Below the pieces are notes generated by a model. The model did no database searches. It was given only the letters and a program-made list of their open reading frames with translations, and had not been told where the DNA came from. From NCBI GenBank assembly GCA_002269645.1, contig NIVC01002744.1:43393-107392 (forward strand): 64,000 bases of DNA, written 5' to 3'. Positions within the stretch are counted from its first letter, which is position 1, and every line of letters starts with the position of its first letter. Source of the DNA: Macrostomum lignano (Eukaryota). This document shows positions 48,072 to 61,939 of this stretch, one piece after another. Position numbers and translations under genes: made by a program.

Positions 48072-48407
48072 GCGGGCGCCTGGCTACCGGATATCCGGCA
48101 GGGGGATTATGAGGCCAGGGTGAGAGCGGAACCGCTGAAAGCAGTGGCAGGAAATGTGGGCCAATATTGATTCTCCAGCGATGACATACCACTATTATCT
48201 CATCTAGACTCAATGTAAGAATATCCCATCTAGTCTCAACTGTAGAATATCTCATCTAGTCTCAACTGTAGAATATCCCATCTAGTCTCAATTGTAGAAT
48301 ATCCCATCTAGTCTTAATTGTAAAATATCCCATCTAGTCTCAATTGTAGAATATCACATCTAGACTCAATTGTAGAATATCACATCTAAACTCAATTGTA
48401 GAATATA

Positions 48408-51400
48408 CTAGCAATCTTCGCCCCCCGATGGGGGACATCTGGTTAGAATCCTTGTTCTTTACAAATAACAAATAGACAGCGAACTAAAGCCTTCAAAAAA
48501 CAACAACAGACATTCCCTCTAAAAACAAAACATCCCAAGACAGCAAGCATCCTCAGACAGCATTCAAGCATCGATCCCAAAATAGCAAGCATCCCCCAGG
48601 TAGCAAGCATCCCCCCGATAGCAAGCAACCCCAGATAGCAAGCATCCGCAGATAGCAAGCATTCCCCCAGACCCCAGATAGTAAGCATCCCCCAGATAGC
48701 AAGCATCCCCCAGATCGCAAGCATCCCCCAGATCGCAAGCATCCCCCAGATAGCAAGCACCCCAAATAGTAAGCATCCACCATACAATAAGTAAAGTAGC
48801 TAGTGCTACAATTTCCTTAGCTCTATAGTGGCTCCTTTAAAATTGGCATGACGCTTACTTTTACGTTTGAAATTGTGTAAATTTTATGTTTGACATGGTG
48901 GCTCTTTAATGTTTGACATGGTGGCTTTTTAATGTTTGACATGGTGGCTCTTTAATGTTTGACATGGTGGCTCTTTTATGTTCTACATGGTGGCTCTCTT
49001 ATGTTTGATTCAGGGTTTTTTTAATGTCTGACATGGTGTCTCTTTATTGTTTGACATGGTGGCGTTTTACTGTTTGACATTATGGCTCTTTAATTTTTGA
49101 TAAAGAGCTCTTTTATGTTTGAAATGGTGGCTCTTTAATGTTAGACATGATGGCTCTTTAATGTTTGACATTGCGGCTCTTTTAATGTTTGACATGGTGG
49201 CTCTTTTATGTTGGACATGGTGGCTCTTTTTTGCTTGACATGGTGGCTCTTTACTGTTTGACATGGTGGCTCTTTAATGTTCGAAATGGTGGCTCTTTAA
49301 TGTTTGACATGATGGCTCTTTTATGTTTGACATGGTGGCTCTTTTATGTTGGACATAGTGGTTCTTTAATGTTCGACATTGGTTGCTCTTTTATGTTCAA
49401 AAAGGTGGCTTTTTAATGTTAGACATGGTGGCTCTTTAATGTTCGACATGGTGGCTCTTTAATGTTAGACATGGTGGCTCTTTATTGTTCGACATGATGG
49501 CTCTTTAATGTTTGACATTGCGGCTCTTTAATGTTTGACATGGTGGCTCCTTTATGTTTGACATGGTGGCTCTTTTTTGATTGACATGGTGGCTCCTTTA
49601 TGTTTGACATGATGGCTCTTTTATGTTTGACATGGTGGCTCTTTAATGTTTTACGTGGTGGCTCTTTAATGTTCTTCATGGTAGCTCTTTTATGTTTGAC
49701 ATGGAGTCACGAATATACTTGACATGGTGACTCGTTATTGTTCGACATGGTGGCTCTTCTATGTTTGACATGGTAGCACTTTAATGTTTGACATGCTGGC
49801 TCTATAATGTTTGACATGGAGTCACATATATGTTGGACATGGTGGCTCTTTAATGTTCGACATGGTGGCTCTTTAATGTTTGACATGGTGGCTCTTCAAT
49901 GTTTGACATGATGGCTCTTCAATGTTTGACATTGCGGCTCTTTAATGTTTGACATGGTGGCTCCTTTATGTTTGACATGGTGGCTGTTTTAAGTTTGACA
50001 TGGTGGCTCTTTTTTGATTGACATGGTGGCTCCTTTATGTTTGACATGATGGCTCTTTTATGTTTGACATGGTGGCTCTTTTATGTTTGACATGGTGGCT
50101 GTTTTATGTTTGACATGGTGGCTCTTCTATGTTTGACATGGTGGCTCTTTAATGTTCTACATGGTGGCTCTCTTATGTTTGATTCGGGTTTTTTTTAATG
50201 TCTGACATGGTGTCCCTTTATTGTTTGACATAGTGGCTCTTTTATGTTTGACATGATGGCTCTTTAATGTTCGACATGGTGGCTCTTTAATGTTTGACAT
50301 GGTGGCTCTTTAATGTTTGACCTGGTGGCACCTTAATGTAATGATGGCTCTTTAATGTTTGAAATGGTGGCTCTTTAATGTTCGACATGGTGGCTCCTTT
50401 ATGTTTAACATGGTGCTCTTAAATGTTTGACATCGTGGCTCTTTAATGTTTGACATGGTGGCTCTCTAGTGTTTCACATGGAGTCACGTCTGTTTTGACA
50501 TGGAGTCACGTATATATTTGGCATGGAGTCACGTATATGCTTTTCATGGTGGCTCTTTTATGTTTGACATGGTGGGTCTTTAATGTTTGACATGGTGGCT
50601 CTTTAATTTTTGACATGATGGCTCTTTAATGTTCGACATGATGGCTGTTTAATGTTTGTTATGTAGTCATGTGTATATGTTTTACATGGTGGCTCTTTTA
50701 TGTGTGACATGGAGTCACGTATATATTTGACATGGAGTCACATATATGTTTGACATGGTGGCTCTTTAGTGTTCGATATGGTGGCTGTTTAATGTTTGAC
50801 ATAGTGGCTATTTTATGTTTGACATAGTGGCTCTTTAATGTCTGACATGGTGGCTCTTTAATGTTTGACATGGTGGCTCTTTTATGTTCGACATGGTGGC
50901 TCTTTAATGTACGACATAATGGCTCGTTTATTTTCGACATGGTGGCTCTTTAGTGTTTGACATGGCTTTTTAATGTTTGACATGGTGGCTCTTTTATGCT
51001 TGACATGGTGGCTCTTTAACGTTCGACATGGTGGCTCTTTAATGTTTGACATGGTGGCTCTTTTATGCTTGACATGGTGGCTCTTTAATGTTTGACATAA
51101 AGTCACTTATACATGGTGTCTCTTAAATATTAGACATGGTGGCTCGTTTAGGTTTGACATGTTGGCTCTTTTATGTTTGACATGGTGGCTCTTTTATGTT
51201 CGACATGGTGGCTCTTTTTTGTTCTACATGGTAACTCTTTTATGTTTGATACGGTGGCTTTTTAATATCTGACATGGTGGCTCATCTATGTTTGACATTG
51301 TGGCTCTTCTGTGTTTGACATGGTGGCTGTTTAATGTTTGACATGGTGGCTCTTTAATGTACGACATAATGGCTCGTTTAAGTTGGACATGGTGGCTTTT

Positions 51401-52457
51401 TAATGTTTGACATGGTAGCTCTGTTATGTTCGACATGGTGGCTCTTTTAGGTTTGACATGGTGGCTCTTAAATGTTTCACATGGTGGCTCTTAAATGTCT
51501 TACATGGTGGCTCTTTTATGTTTGACAATGTGGCTGTTTAATGTTTTACATGGCGGCTCTTTTATGTTCGACATGGTGGCTCTTTAATGTTTGACATGCT
51601 AGCTCTTTAATGTTCGACATAGTGGCTCTTTTATGTTTGGCATGGTGGCTATTTAATGTTCTTCATGGTGGCTCTTTTACGTTTGACATGGTGGGTCTTT
51701 AATGTTCGACGTGGTGGCTCTTTAATTTTCGAAATGGTGACTCTTTTATGTTTCACATGGTGGCTCTTTAATGTTTGACATAGAGTGACGTATATGTTTT
51801 ACATGGTGCCCATGTAATGTTTGACATGGTGCCTCTTTTATGTTTGACATTGTGCTTTTTTATGTTTAGCAGTTTCGTGTTTTCAAGGTGTTTTAATAAA
51901 AAAATCTTTTTGCAGCACTAAGATTGGAACCCTGGTCGCTGCATTAGCAGTCCAGTCTGTTCGCATCTATGCTATCTCTTTTCAATTGGCGAACATGATT
52001 TGTGGCCCTTATAATTCAATGCTTACAGCAAGTTGGTTAGAGTAAAAAGTTATGACATAATCAATTTCTTAGTCAGCCAGTATCAGTGTCAATTTAAGTT
52101 AGCAATATTGTTACGCAATTTCAATCAAGTTGTGTGTGCATTTCTTTGGCACTGTTTTCAACTTGTTGTGATGCAATCTTTATCAGAATTGAAATTCAGT
52201 CAGTCAGTTTTTTCTCTAGCATTCTTACAATGCATTTCAGATCGAAAGAGCCGCTTGACCTTTGCAAAAAAGCCTGTTTTTCGAATATTTAATCCCTTTA
52301 ATATTGAGCAATTTTTTAGCCAAGATGCATGTACCGTCCCAGGAAAATTTCTGATCGAATGGTGCAAGTTTGAAGAAAATCGGTTGAGCCATTTTTTCTG
52401 AAATCTATCGCATACCTACCCACATACATACAGACAACTCATTTTTAGTATATAGGA
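48408..52457 (-). mobile_element. Non-autonomous Helitron, copy 1 (~4050 bp), with internal satellite arrays
   Basis: On the minus strand it starts TCCTATATACTAAAAATGAG and ends CCCCCATCGGGGGG (hairpin) ...TTGCTAG. No Rep/helicase ORF. Confidence 0.85.
48880..51855. repeat. ~21-bp satellite (TTTGACATGGTGGCTCTTTAATG-like) inside Helitron copy 1
   Basis: Degenerate tandem array. The same family occurs at 53335-55950. Confidence 0.95.
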
Positions 52458-52574
52458 CTAGCAATCTTCGCCCCCGATGGGGGACATCTAAATAGAATAT
52501 CTGTTCTCTAAAAGTAACAAAAAGACAGCGAAATAAAGCTTTCACAAAGACAACAGACATTCCATCTGTAAAGA

Positions 52575-53280
52575 AAACATCCCCAGACAGCATGCAAGCA
52601 TCTCCCAGATAGCATGCAAGCATCTCCCAGATAGCAAGCATCCCCCAAATAGCAAGAATCCCCCAGATAGCAAGCATCCCCAGACAGCATGCAAGCATCT
52701 TCCAGATAGCAAGCATCCCCAGATAGCAAGCATCCCCAGACAGCATGCAAGCATCTCCCAGATAGCACGAATCCCCCAGATATAGCAAGCATCCCAGACA
52801 GCACGCAAGCATCCCCCAGATAGCAAGAATCCCCCAGATAGCAAGCATCCCCAGACAGCATGCAAGCATCCCCCAGATAGCAAGCATCTCCCAGATAGCA
52901 AGAATCGCCCAGATAGCAAGCATCCCCAGGCAGCATGCAAGCATCCCCAGACAGCATGCAAGCATCCCCAGACAGCATGCAAGCATCCCCAGACAGCATG
53001 CAAGCATCCCCAGACAGCATGCAACCATCCCCAGATAGCAAGCATCCCTGGATACAAAGAATCCTTATAGATAGCTAGCAACCCCCTCTCAGATAGCAAG
53101 TACCCTCCACTCCCCAAGAGCAAGCATCCCCCAATAGCAAGTTACCCCAGATAGCAAGCATTCTTCCGATAGCAAGCATCCCTCCCCCCAATAGCAAGCA
53201 TCACTCAGATACCAAGCATCCCCCTGATAGCAAGTATCCATCCTTAAATAGCAAGCATCCACCAGACATCAAGTAGCTAG
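52575..53280. repeat. ~20-bp GATAGCAAGCATCCCCCA array near the Helitron 3' end (a shorter copy lies at 48530-48790)
   Basis: Visible tandem units. Confidence 0.9.
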
Positions 53281-53334
53281 TGCAATAATTTCCTTAGCTT
53301 TATAGTGGCTCCATTTTGTTTGGCATGACACTTC

Positions 53335-55950
53335 TTTTTATGTTTGACATGATGGCTCTTCTATGTTTGACATGGACACATGGTGTCTCTTCTATGTTTG
53401 ACATGGTAGCTCTTTAATGTTTGACATGGAGTCACGTATATGTTTGACATAGTGGCTCTTTAATGATTGACATCGTGGTTCTTTAATGTTTGACATGGTG
53501 GCTCTTTAATGTTTGACATGGTGTCTCTGTTATGTTTGACATGGTGGCTCAGTTGTTCGACATGGTGTCTCTTCTATGTTTGACATGGTAGCACTTTAAT
53601 CTTCGACATGGTGGCTCTTTTATGTTTGGCATGGTGGCTCTTTAATGTCTGACATGGTGGCTCAATAATGTTCGACATGGTGGCTCTTTTATGTTTGACA
53701 TGCTGGCCCTTTAGTGTTTGACATGCCTGCTCTTTAATGTTTGACATGGTGGATCTTTAATGTTTGACATGGAGTAATGTATATGCTTGACGTGGTGGTT
53801 CTTTTATGGTTGACATGGTAGCTTTTTTATGTTTGACATGGCGGCTCTTTTATGTTTGGCATGGTGGCTCTTTTATGTTCGACATGGTGGCTCAATAATG
53901 TTCGACATGGTGGCTCTTTGATGTTTGACATGGTAGTTCTTTTATGTTTGATTTGGTGGCTCTTTTATGTTTGGCATGGTGGCTCTTTAATGTCTGACAT
54001 GGTGGCTCAATAATGTTCGACATGGTGGCTCTTTTATGTTTGACATGCTGGCTCTTTAATGTTTGACATGGTGGCTCTTTAATGTTTGGCATGGTGGCTC
54101 TTTAATGTTTGACATGGTGACTCTTTTATGTTTGACATGGAGTAATGTATATGCTTGACGTGGTGGTTCTTTTATGGTTGACATGGTGGCTCTTTTATGT
54201 TCGACATGGTGGCTCTTTTATGTTTGGCATGGTGGCTCTTTAATGTTTGGCATGGTGGCTCTTTAATGTTTGACATGGTGGCTCTTTAATATTTGACATG
54301 GTGGCCCTTTTATGTTCGACATGGTGGCTCTTCAATGTTTGACATGGTACCTCTTTTATGTTCGACATAGTGGCTCTTTAATGTTTTACATGGTGGCTCT
54401 TTAATGTTTGACATGGTGACTCTTTTATGTTCTTCATGGTAGATCTTTTATGTTTGACATGGTGGCTCTTTAATGTTCGACATGGTGGCTCTTTACTTTA
54501 CTTTTCGAAATGGTGGCTCTGTTTTATGTTTGACATGGTGGCTCTTTAATGTTCGACATAGTGGCTGTTTTATGTTTGATATGATGGCTCTTTAATGTTC
54601 GACATGGTGGATCTTTAATGTTTGACATGGTAGTTCTTTTATGTTTGATATGGTGTCTGTTTTATGTTTGACATGGTGGCTCTTTAATGTTCGACATGGT
54701 GGCTCTTTAATGTTTGACATGGTAGTTCTTTTATGTTTGATATGGTGGCTCTTTTATGTTCGACATGGTGGCTCTTTAATGTTCGACATTGTGGCTCTTT
54801 AATGTTTGACATGGTGGCTCTTCTATGTTTGACATGGGAGCACTTTAATCTTCGACATGGTGGCTCTTTAAGTTTTGACATTGTGGCTCTTTAATGTTTG
54901 ATATGGTGGCTCTTTTATGTTTGACATTGTGGCTCTTTAATGTTTGATATGGTGGTTCTTTTATGGTTGACATGGTGGCTTTTTTATGTTTGACATGTTG
55001 GCTCTTTTATGTTTGGCATGGTGGCTCTTTTATGTTCGACATGGTGGCTCTTTTATGTTTGACATGGTGGCTCTTTTATGTTCGACATGTTGGCTCTTTT
55101 ATGTTTGGCATGGTGGCTCTTTAATGTCTGACATGGTGGCTCAATAATGTTCGACATGGTGGCTCTTTTATGTTTGACATGCTGGCTCTTTAGTGTTTGA
55201 CATGCTGGCTCTTTAATGTTTGACATGGGGGCACTTTTATGTTTGACCTGGTGGCTCTTTAATGTTTTACATGGTGGCTCTTTAATATTTGACATGGTGG
55301 CCCTTTTATGTTCGACATGGTGGCTCTTCAATGTTTGACATGGTACCTCTTTTATGTTCGACATAGTGGCTCTTTAATGTTTGACATGGTGGCTCTTTAA
55401 TGTTTGACATGGTGACTCTTTTATGTTCTACATGGTAGATCTTTTATGTTCGACATGGTGGCTCTTTAATGTTTGATATGGTGGCTCTTTAATGTTCGAC
55501 ATGGTGGCTTTTTAATGTTCGACATGGTGGCTCTTTAATGTTCTTAATGGTGTCTGTTTTATGTTTGACATGGTGGCTCTTTAATGTTTCGACATGGTGG
55601 CTCTTTAATGTTCTTAATGGTGTCTGTTTTATGTTTGACATGGTGGCTTTTTAATGTTCGACATGGTGGCTCTTTAATGTTCTTAATGGTAACTCTTTTT
55701 TGTTGTTCGAAATGGTGGCTCTTTTATGTTTGACATGGTGGCTCTTTAATGTTTTACATGGTGGCTCTTTAATGTTTCGACATGGTGGCTCTTTAATGTT
55801 CGACATGGTGGCTCTTTAATGTTTGATAAGGTGGCTCTTTAATGTTCGACACGGTGGCTCTTTAATGTTCTTAATGGTAACTCTTTTTTGTTGTCCGAAA
55901 TGGTGGCTCTTTTATGTTTGACATGGTGGCTCTTGTATGTTTGACATTGC
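53335..55950. repeat. ~21-bp satellite inside Helitron copy 2
   Basis: Same unit as 48880-51855. Confidence 0.95.
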
Positions 55951-56010
55951 GCTTCTTTTATGTTTAGCAGTTTTTTGTTTTTAAGGTGTTTTAATAAAAA
56001 AATCATTTTG

Positions 56011-56074
56011 CGCTACCAAGATTCGAACCCAGGTCGCTGCATTAGCAGTCCAGTCTGTTCGCATCTAGGCTATC
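56011..56074 (-). pseudogene. tRNA-Ser(GCT)-like remnant within the Helitron (second copy at ~51913-51976)
   Basis: The minus strand reads ...CTGGACTGCTAATGCAG...GGGTTCGAATC..., i.e. a GCT anticodon loop and a T-arm/B box. Acceptor and D arms are not convincing. Confidence 0.5.
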
Positions 56075-56550
56075 TTTTTTCAATTGGAGCACATGAATTG
56101 TGGCCCTTATAATTCAATTCTTACAGCAAGTCGGTTAGAGTAAAAATTTATGACATAATCAATTTCTCAGTCAGCCAGTATCAGTCTTAATTTAAGTTAG
56201 CAATATTGTTACGCAATTTTAATCAAGTCTTGTGTGCGTTTCTGTGGCACTGTTTTCACCTTGTTGTGATGCAATCTTTATCACAATTGAAATTCAGCCA
56301 GTCAGTTTTTTCTTAGCATTCTTACAATGCATTTCAAGTCGAAATTTTTGCTTGACCTTTGCAAAAAAGCATGTTTTTCGAATATTTAATCCCTTTAAAA
56401 TTGAGCAATTTCTTAGCCAAGATGCATGTACCGTCCCAGGAAAATTTCTGATCAAATGGTGCAAGTTTAAAGAAAATCGGTTGAGCCATTTTTTCCGAAA
56501 TCTATCGCATACCTACCCACATACAGACAACTCATTTTTAGTATATAAGA

Positions 56551-57930
56551 TTATCTAGTCTCAATTGTAGAATATTACATCTAGTCTCAATTGTAGAATA
56601 TCTCGTCTAGTCTCAATTGTAGAATATCTCATCTAGTCTCAATTGTAGAATATTACATCTAGTCTCAATTGTAGAATATCTCGTCTAGTCTCAATTGTAG
56701 AATATCTCATCTAGTCTCTATTGTAGAATATCACATCTAGTCTCAATTGTAGAATATCCAATCTAGTCTCAATTGTAGAATATCCCATCTAGTCTCAATT
56801 GTAGAATATCACACCTAGTCTCAATTGTAGAATATCCCATCTAGTCTCGATTGTAGAATATCACATCTAGTCTCAATTGTAGAATATCACATCTAGTCTC
56901 AATTGTAGAATATCCCATCTAGTCTCGATTGTAGAATATCACATCTAGTCTCAATTGTAGAATATCACATCTAGTCTCAATTGTAGAATATCCCATCTAG
57001 TCACAATTGTAGAATATCACATCTAGTCTCAATTATAGAACATCACATCTAGTCTCAATTGTAGAATATCACATCTAGTCTCAATTGTAGAATATTCCAT
57101 CTAGTCTCAATTGTAGAATATCACTTCCAGTCTCAATTGTAGAATATCCCATCTAGTCTCAATTGTAGAATATCACTTCCAGTCTCAATTGTAGAATATC
57201 ACATCTAGTCTCAATTGTAGAATATCTCATCTAGTCTCAACTGTAGAATATCTCATCTAGTCTCAATTGTAGAATATCGTATCTAGTCTCAATTGTAGAA
57301 TATCGTATCTAGTCTCAATTGTAGAACATCACATCTAGTCTCAATTGTAGAATATTCCATCTAGTCTCAATTGTAGAATATCACTTCCAGTCTCAATTGT
57401 AGAATATCCCATCTAGTCTCAATTGTAGAATATCACTTCCAGTCTCAATTGTAGAATATCACATCTAGTCCCAACTGTAGAATATCCCATCTAGTCTCAA
57501 CTGTAGAATATCTCATCTAGTCTCAATTGTAGAATATCGTATCTAGTCTCAATTGTAGAATATCGTATCTAGTCTCAATTGTAGAATATCACATCTAGTC
57601 TCAATTGTAGAATATCACATCTAGTCTCAATTGTAGAATATCGTATCTAGTCTCAATTGTAGAATATCGTATCTAGTCTCAATTGTAGAATATCGCATCT
57701 AGTCTCAATTGTAGAATATCGTATCTAGTCTCAATTGTAGAATATCGCATCTAGTCTCAATTGTAGAATATCGTATCTAGTCTCAATTGTAGAATATCGC
57801 ATCTAGTCTCAATTGTAGAATATCCCATCTAGTCTCAATTGTAGAATATCACATCTAGTCTCAATTGTAGAATATCACATCTAGTCTCAATTGTAGAATA
57901 TCCCATTTAGTCTCAATTGTAGAATATCCT
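56551..57930. repeat. 26-bp satellite ATCTAGTCTCAATTGTAGAATATCAC, the host array of the Helitron dimer (other part at 48205-48407)
   Basis: The same unit lies on both sides of the 8.1-kb insertion. Confidence 0.96.
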
Positions 57931-58885
57931 TAATAACCTTACAGGTAATCAAAGCGCACAGAATAAAAACACATAAGCAAGTTGATTTTGAAATCAAACC
58001 ATGCAAACAAATTACCAGTAAACTATGAATTACCCCAGTTTAACACACATTTAATATTTTTGCATGAAACTTAAACTCGGCTAATCCAGCAATACTACTA
58101 ACCAGTAGGCTGTTACAAATCAACAAAATAGTAGAAAAATACAAATTCAGTTAGAAATGAGGCTGGATAAACGAGAGCGGTGGCTGGTAAACAGAAAAGA
58201 ACAAATAGCAGAATATTTGCGAGGACGGAGACAGCGGGGACAGAGTTTGAAGTATTTTATACACTAAATGTGAATGTATAAAACCGAGAATGTAGCAGTA
58301 GTATTCGCAAGTACTATGTACTCGCAGGTATAATATAAAATGCGCAAAATTAATGTACAGGTCAGGATCAAGGAATAATTTCGGTTGGTCAACAACTGTA
58401 TAATGTAACATTTTCTCGATTCATTATGAAGCAGAAAAACTTTCGCTTATAAGTAAATGCCTGCTTTATGCTTCCACTGAGCTAACACGGATGAATGCAG
58501 CAAAATTTCCAACCAAATTGACCCACAAGCAAGCAGTTCGATCCACAGCAAAAGAATTTAACTGTTGAAGACTTGCTTTTTGTTGTCTATGGCCCAAAGG
58601 GGGGTCTGTGCCGCAACAAGAATTTCCACACTTGTGCCGCCAGCTTTGGACCATAGACACTAGCAGATTTCAATGGACAGAGATATGGCAAACCTCTCAT
58701 TCATCCGCGCTGCACGCACTGTTTTGGCCATAGACAATGCTTGAACACCGTCCTATTGACACTGTATACTGAGCTCGATACTCTGCTTCATCTACACCTT
58801 GAGCAATTGCTCAAAAGCAAAGGTTTTTTACTACATTCATAGCGGCCTTGTGCCTACCGCCCAAGAACTCTCACAACTACATCAA

Positions 58886-61846
58886 CTACTTGACAGCGCC
58901 AGGGAAGTAGGCACTGGTCAGCGACATCTGCCCGGAGGTGGCCGGAGCGCCTGGCGCTGCCGAGGTGCCAGGAGGATGCGGAGGCGGGATCCTTGAACCG
59001 CCATTAGCCAAGCCGCTGCCAGCCGCTGTCCTGTGGAGGTATTTGGAGTCCAGGCCGATTGGCGGCGCGGCTGCAGTGGCAGCGCTTGCCGTCGCGGCAG
59101 CAGAAGCAGCAGAAGACGTCAACGGACAGCCGGCCTGTAGCTCTGCAGAGCGGCAGGCACCGCGTGGTCGAACTTTTTGGCGCCCATGCCGGCGCCTGGC
59201 GCCGCTGAGCGCGCCTGTGACTCGTTGATTTGCTTATTGAGCCACTGGATCACGTTGTCGTTGGAGCGCAGCAGCTGCTTGCTCTCTTCCAACTTCTTCT
59301 GCAGACTGGAGATCTGGTCCTGCGGGTGGGGACGAGGCGACTTGGGGATTTGGGCCAGTGGCTTTGTAAACAGCGCTTTAATCCTATTAATAGGTCTACC
59401 TTTTGTAGGTTTGCTACCTGTTGTAGGTTTGCTACCTGTTGTAGGTTTTCTACCTGTTGTAGGTTTGCTACCTGTTGTAGGTTTGCTACCTGTTGTAGGT
59501 TTGCTACCTGTTGTAGGTTTGCTACCTGTTGTAGGTTTGCTACCTGTTGTAGGTTTGCTACCTGTTGTAGGTTTGCTACCTGTTGTAGGTTTGTTGCCTG
59601 TTGTAGATTTGCTACCTGTTGTAGGTTTGCTACCTGTTGTAGGTTTGTTGCCTGTTGTAGATTTGCTACCTGTTGTAGGTTTTCTACCTGTTGTAGGTTT
59701 TCTACCTGTTGTAGGTTTGCTACCTGTTGTAGGTTTTCTACCTTATAGGTTTTACCTGCTATAGGTTTTTTGTATCTTTCAGATAGGATTTCTAACTCTT
59801 AGACCTAGCTGCTACCTGTTACAATCGGATGCTACCTGCTAAGCCAGGATGCTACCTGTTTAGACTCTAATGCTACCTGTAAGTCTATGATGCTACCTGA
59901 GTCTCTCATGTTACCTGTAAGTCTCTCATGCTACCCGTAAGTCTCTTAAGCTACCCGTAAGTCTCTCATGCTACCTGAGTCTCTGATGCTACCTGAGTCT
60001 CTGATGCTACCTGAGTCTCTGATGCTACCTGAGTCTATGATGCTACCTGAGTCTCTCATGTTACCTGTAAGTCTCTCATGCTACCTGAGTCTATGATGCT
60101 ACCTGAGTCTCTCATGTTACCTGTAAGTCTCTCATGCTACCTGAGTCTCTCAAGCTACCTGAGTCTCTGATGCTACCTGAGTATCTCAAGCTACCTGAGT
60201 CTCTCAAGCTACCTGAGTCTCTTATGCTACCGGAATCTCTCATGCTACCTGAGTCTCTCATGCTACCTGAGTCTCTCAAGCTACATGAGTCTCTCATGCT
60301 ACCTGAGTCTCTCAAGCTACCTGAGTCTCTTAAGCTACCGGAATCTCTCATGCTACCTGAGTCTTTCTAGCTACATGAGTCTCTCATGCTACCTGAGTCT
60401 CTCATGCTACCTGAGTCTCTCATGCTACCTGAGTCTCTCATGCTACCATCATCTCTCATGCTACCTGTAAGTCTATGATGCTACCCGAGTTTCTCAAGCT
60501 ACCTGAGTCTCTGATGCTACCTGAGTCTCTCATGCTACCTGTCTCTCATGCTACCTGTTTAGACCCGGTTGCTACCCGTTGAACACAGATATGAGGCAGA
60601 AGCTGCCAATCAGACACCCCGCGAGCAGCTCCACAGCCAGACCTTCAAGTCGGCGATCTCGTCCACCTTCTGCTGCGCCTGCCGCTCGGCCGACCTGGCC
60701 TGCTCCCGAGCGGCCGTCAGCTCCTCCTCCAGTCGGGTGACGGCTTTCTCCTGCTTCACTGCCAGCTGGCTTCGGGACTCCAACTTCTTCAGCAGCTGGC
60801 GCAGCTCGGCCTGCAGCTTCTTGATCACCTCGTTGCCCTTCTCCATCTCGGACACCGTAGCGGACTGCTTCCGCTCCAGACCCTCCACCCGCCGCTGCCT
60901 GGCCGCCAGATCATCTTCCAGGCGCTTCCGGGCGGCCTTCTCCGTCTCTAAGAGGTCGCCGGTTCTCGCCAGCAGCGCGTCCTTGTCCTTGAGCTCCTGC
61001 TCAAGGACGGCAACACGGGTGGTGAGCTGGTGCACCGCGGCCTCCTGCTCCTGACGGGTGCGGCCAAGGCCGTCCCGGTCGTGCTTGGCGGCGTCGAGTT
61101 CGCGACGCAGCTGCGACTCGGACTGGAGGGGATTTATGGTTAAATCGGTTCAAACAGATCGAATCAAGGTCAAATGGGGTCACGCAGGGACTTCTACGAT
61201 CTATGGTAATCTATCGAAAAGGTCGCTGGCGCAAGTAGTAAGATAAAACTAGCTTAAGGCCAAATGGGGACAAGCAAGGTCAAATGGGGACAAGTAAGGT
61301 CAAATGGGACAAGTAAGGTCAAATAGAACAAGTAAGGTAAAATGGGGACAAGTAAGGTAAAATGGGATCAAGTCACGTTCATACATGTATAATTTCAAGC
61401 AAGGTCAAATTAGGGCTAAGTAGGATCTAGCTAGTCCAGATTAACCTGATCAGGTAAGGTCAAGTGGGTACCCTATCAAAATACTCAAAGGGTCAACTGG
61501 GGTCAAGTCAGGTTAGATAGGATTACTAGCCAGACTGAAGTACGGACGAGGCAGAGTAAGTCTGATAGATTAAACCTAGACTCAATCACAGAAAAAAGTC
61601 GCTAAAATCGATTATCTCAAAGCGGCTCATAATCCGCCAGCTCACCTCTTCCAGTCGCGTCGCACGGGCCGTGGCCTCCTTGAGCTGAAGCTCCAGCCGG
61701 AAGTTCTCCTCTTGCAGGCTCTTGCAGGAGGCAGTCAGCTCGCTGTTCTGAGTCTCCAGCTGCTTCACGATGCGCAGGTGGGCCTGCTCCAGCTCGCGAC
61801 GGTCGCGCTCGTATTTGGACTGAAACACCTGCTGGGCCTCCGTGGT
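58886..61846 (-). CDS. SASS6: Spindle assembly abnormal protein 6 (SAS-6), 3' part. Exons 61846-61646, 61122-60643, 59319-58886, with a frame break near 59135-59185
   Basis: The coiled coil LTTRVAVLEQELKDKD...NEVIKKLQAEL...KKLEESKQLLRSNDNVIQWLNKQINE and C-terminal GLDSKYL and SAYFPG match human SAS-6. Phase-0 GT-AG joins. Confidence 0.93.
59395..60560. repeat. Two 18-bp arrays (CTACCTGTTGTAGGTTTG; GCTACCTGAGTCTCTCAT) in a SAS-6 intron
   Basis: Both share a CTACCTG core. Confidence 0.95.
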
Positions 61847-61939
61847 CTGCGGGAGGCGGATAATAGGATAAGGGGATTGGGGATAAGGGCTTTGTGGGAA
61901 TCATATGCATAGCAAAAAGGGTGGTTATAATTACTGTGA

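Larger units (their letters stand above)
52458..56550 (-). mobile_element. Non-autonomous Helitron, copy 2 (~4090 bp), head-to-tail with copy 1
   Basis: Starts TCTTATATACTAAAAATGAG and ends with hairpin plus CTAG. The dimer sits between A(48407) and T(56551) inside a 26-bp satellite, with no TSD. Confidence 0.85.

Noticed and set aside
58585-58740. Short inverted motifs GTCTATGG/CCATAGAC suggesting a MITE
   Set aside because: Only ~15 bp with mismatches, and no TSD or second copy.
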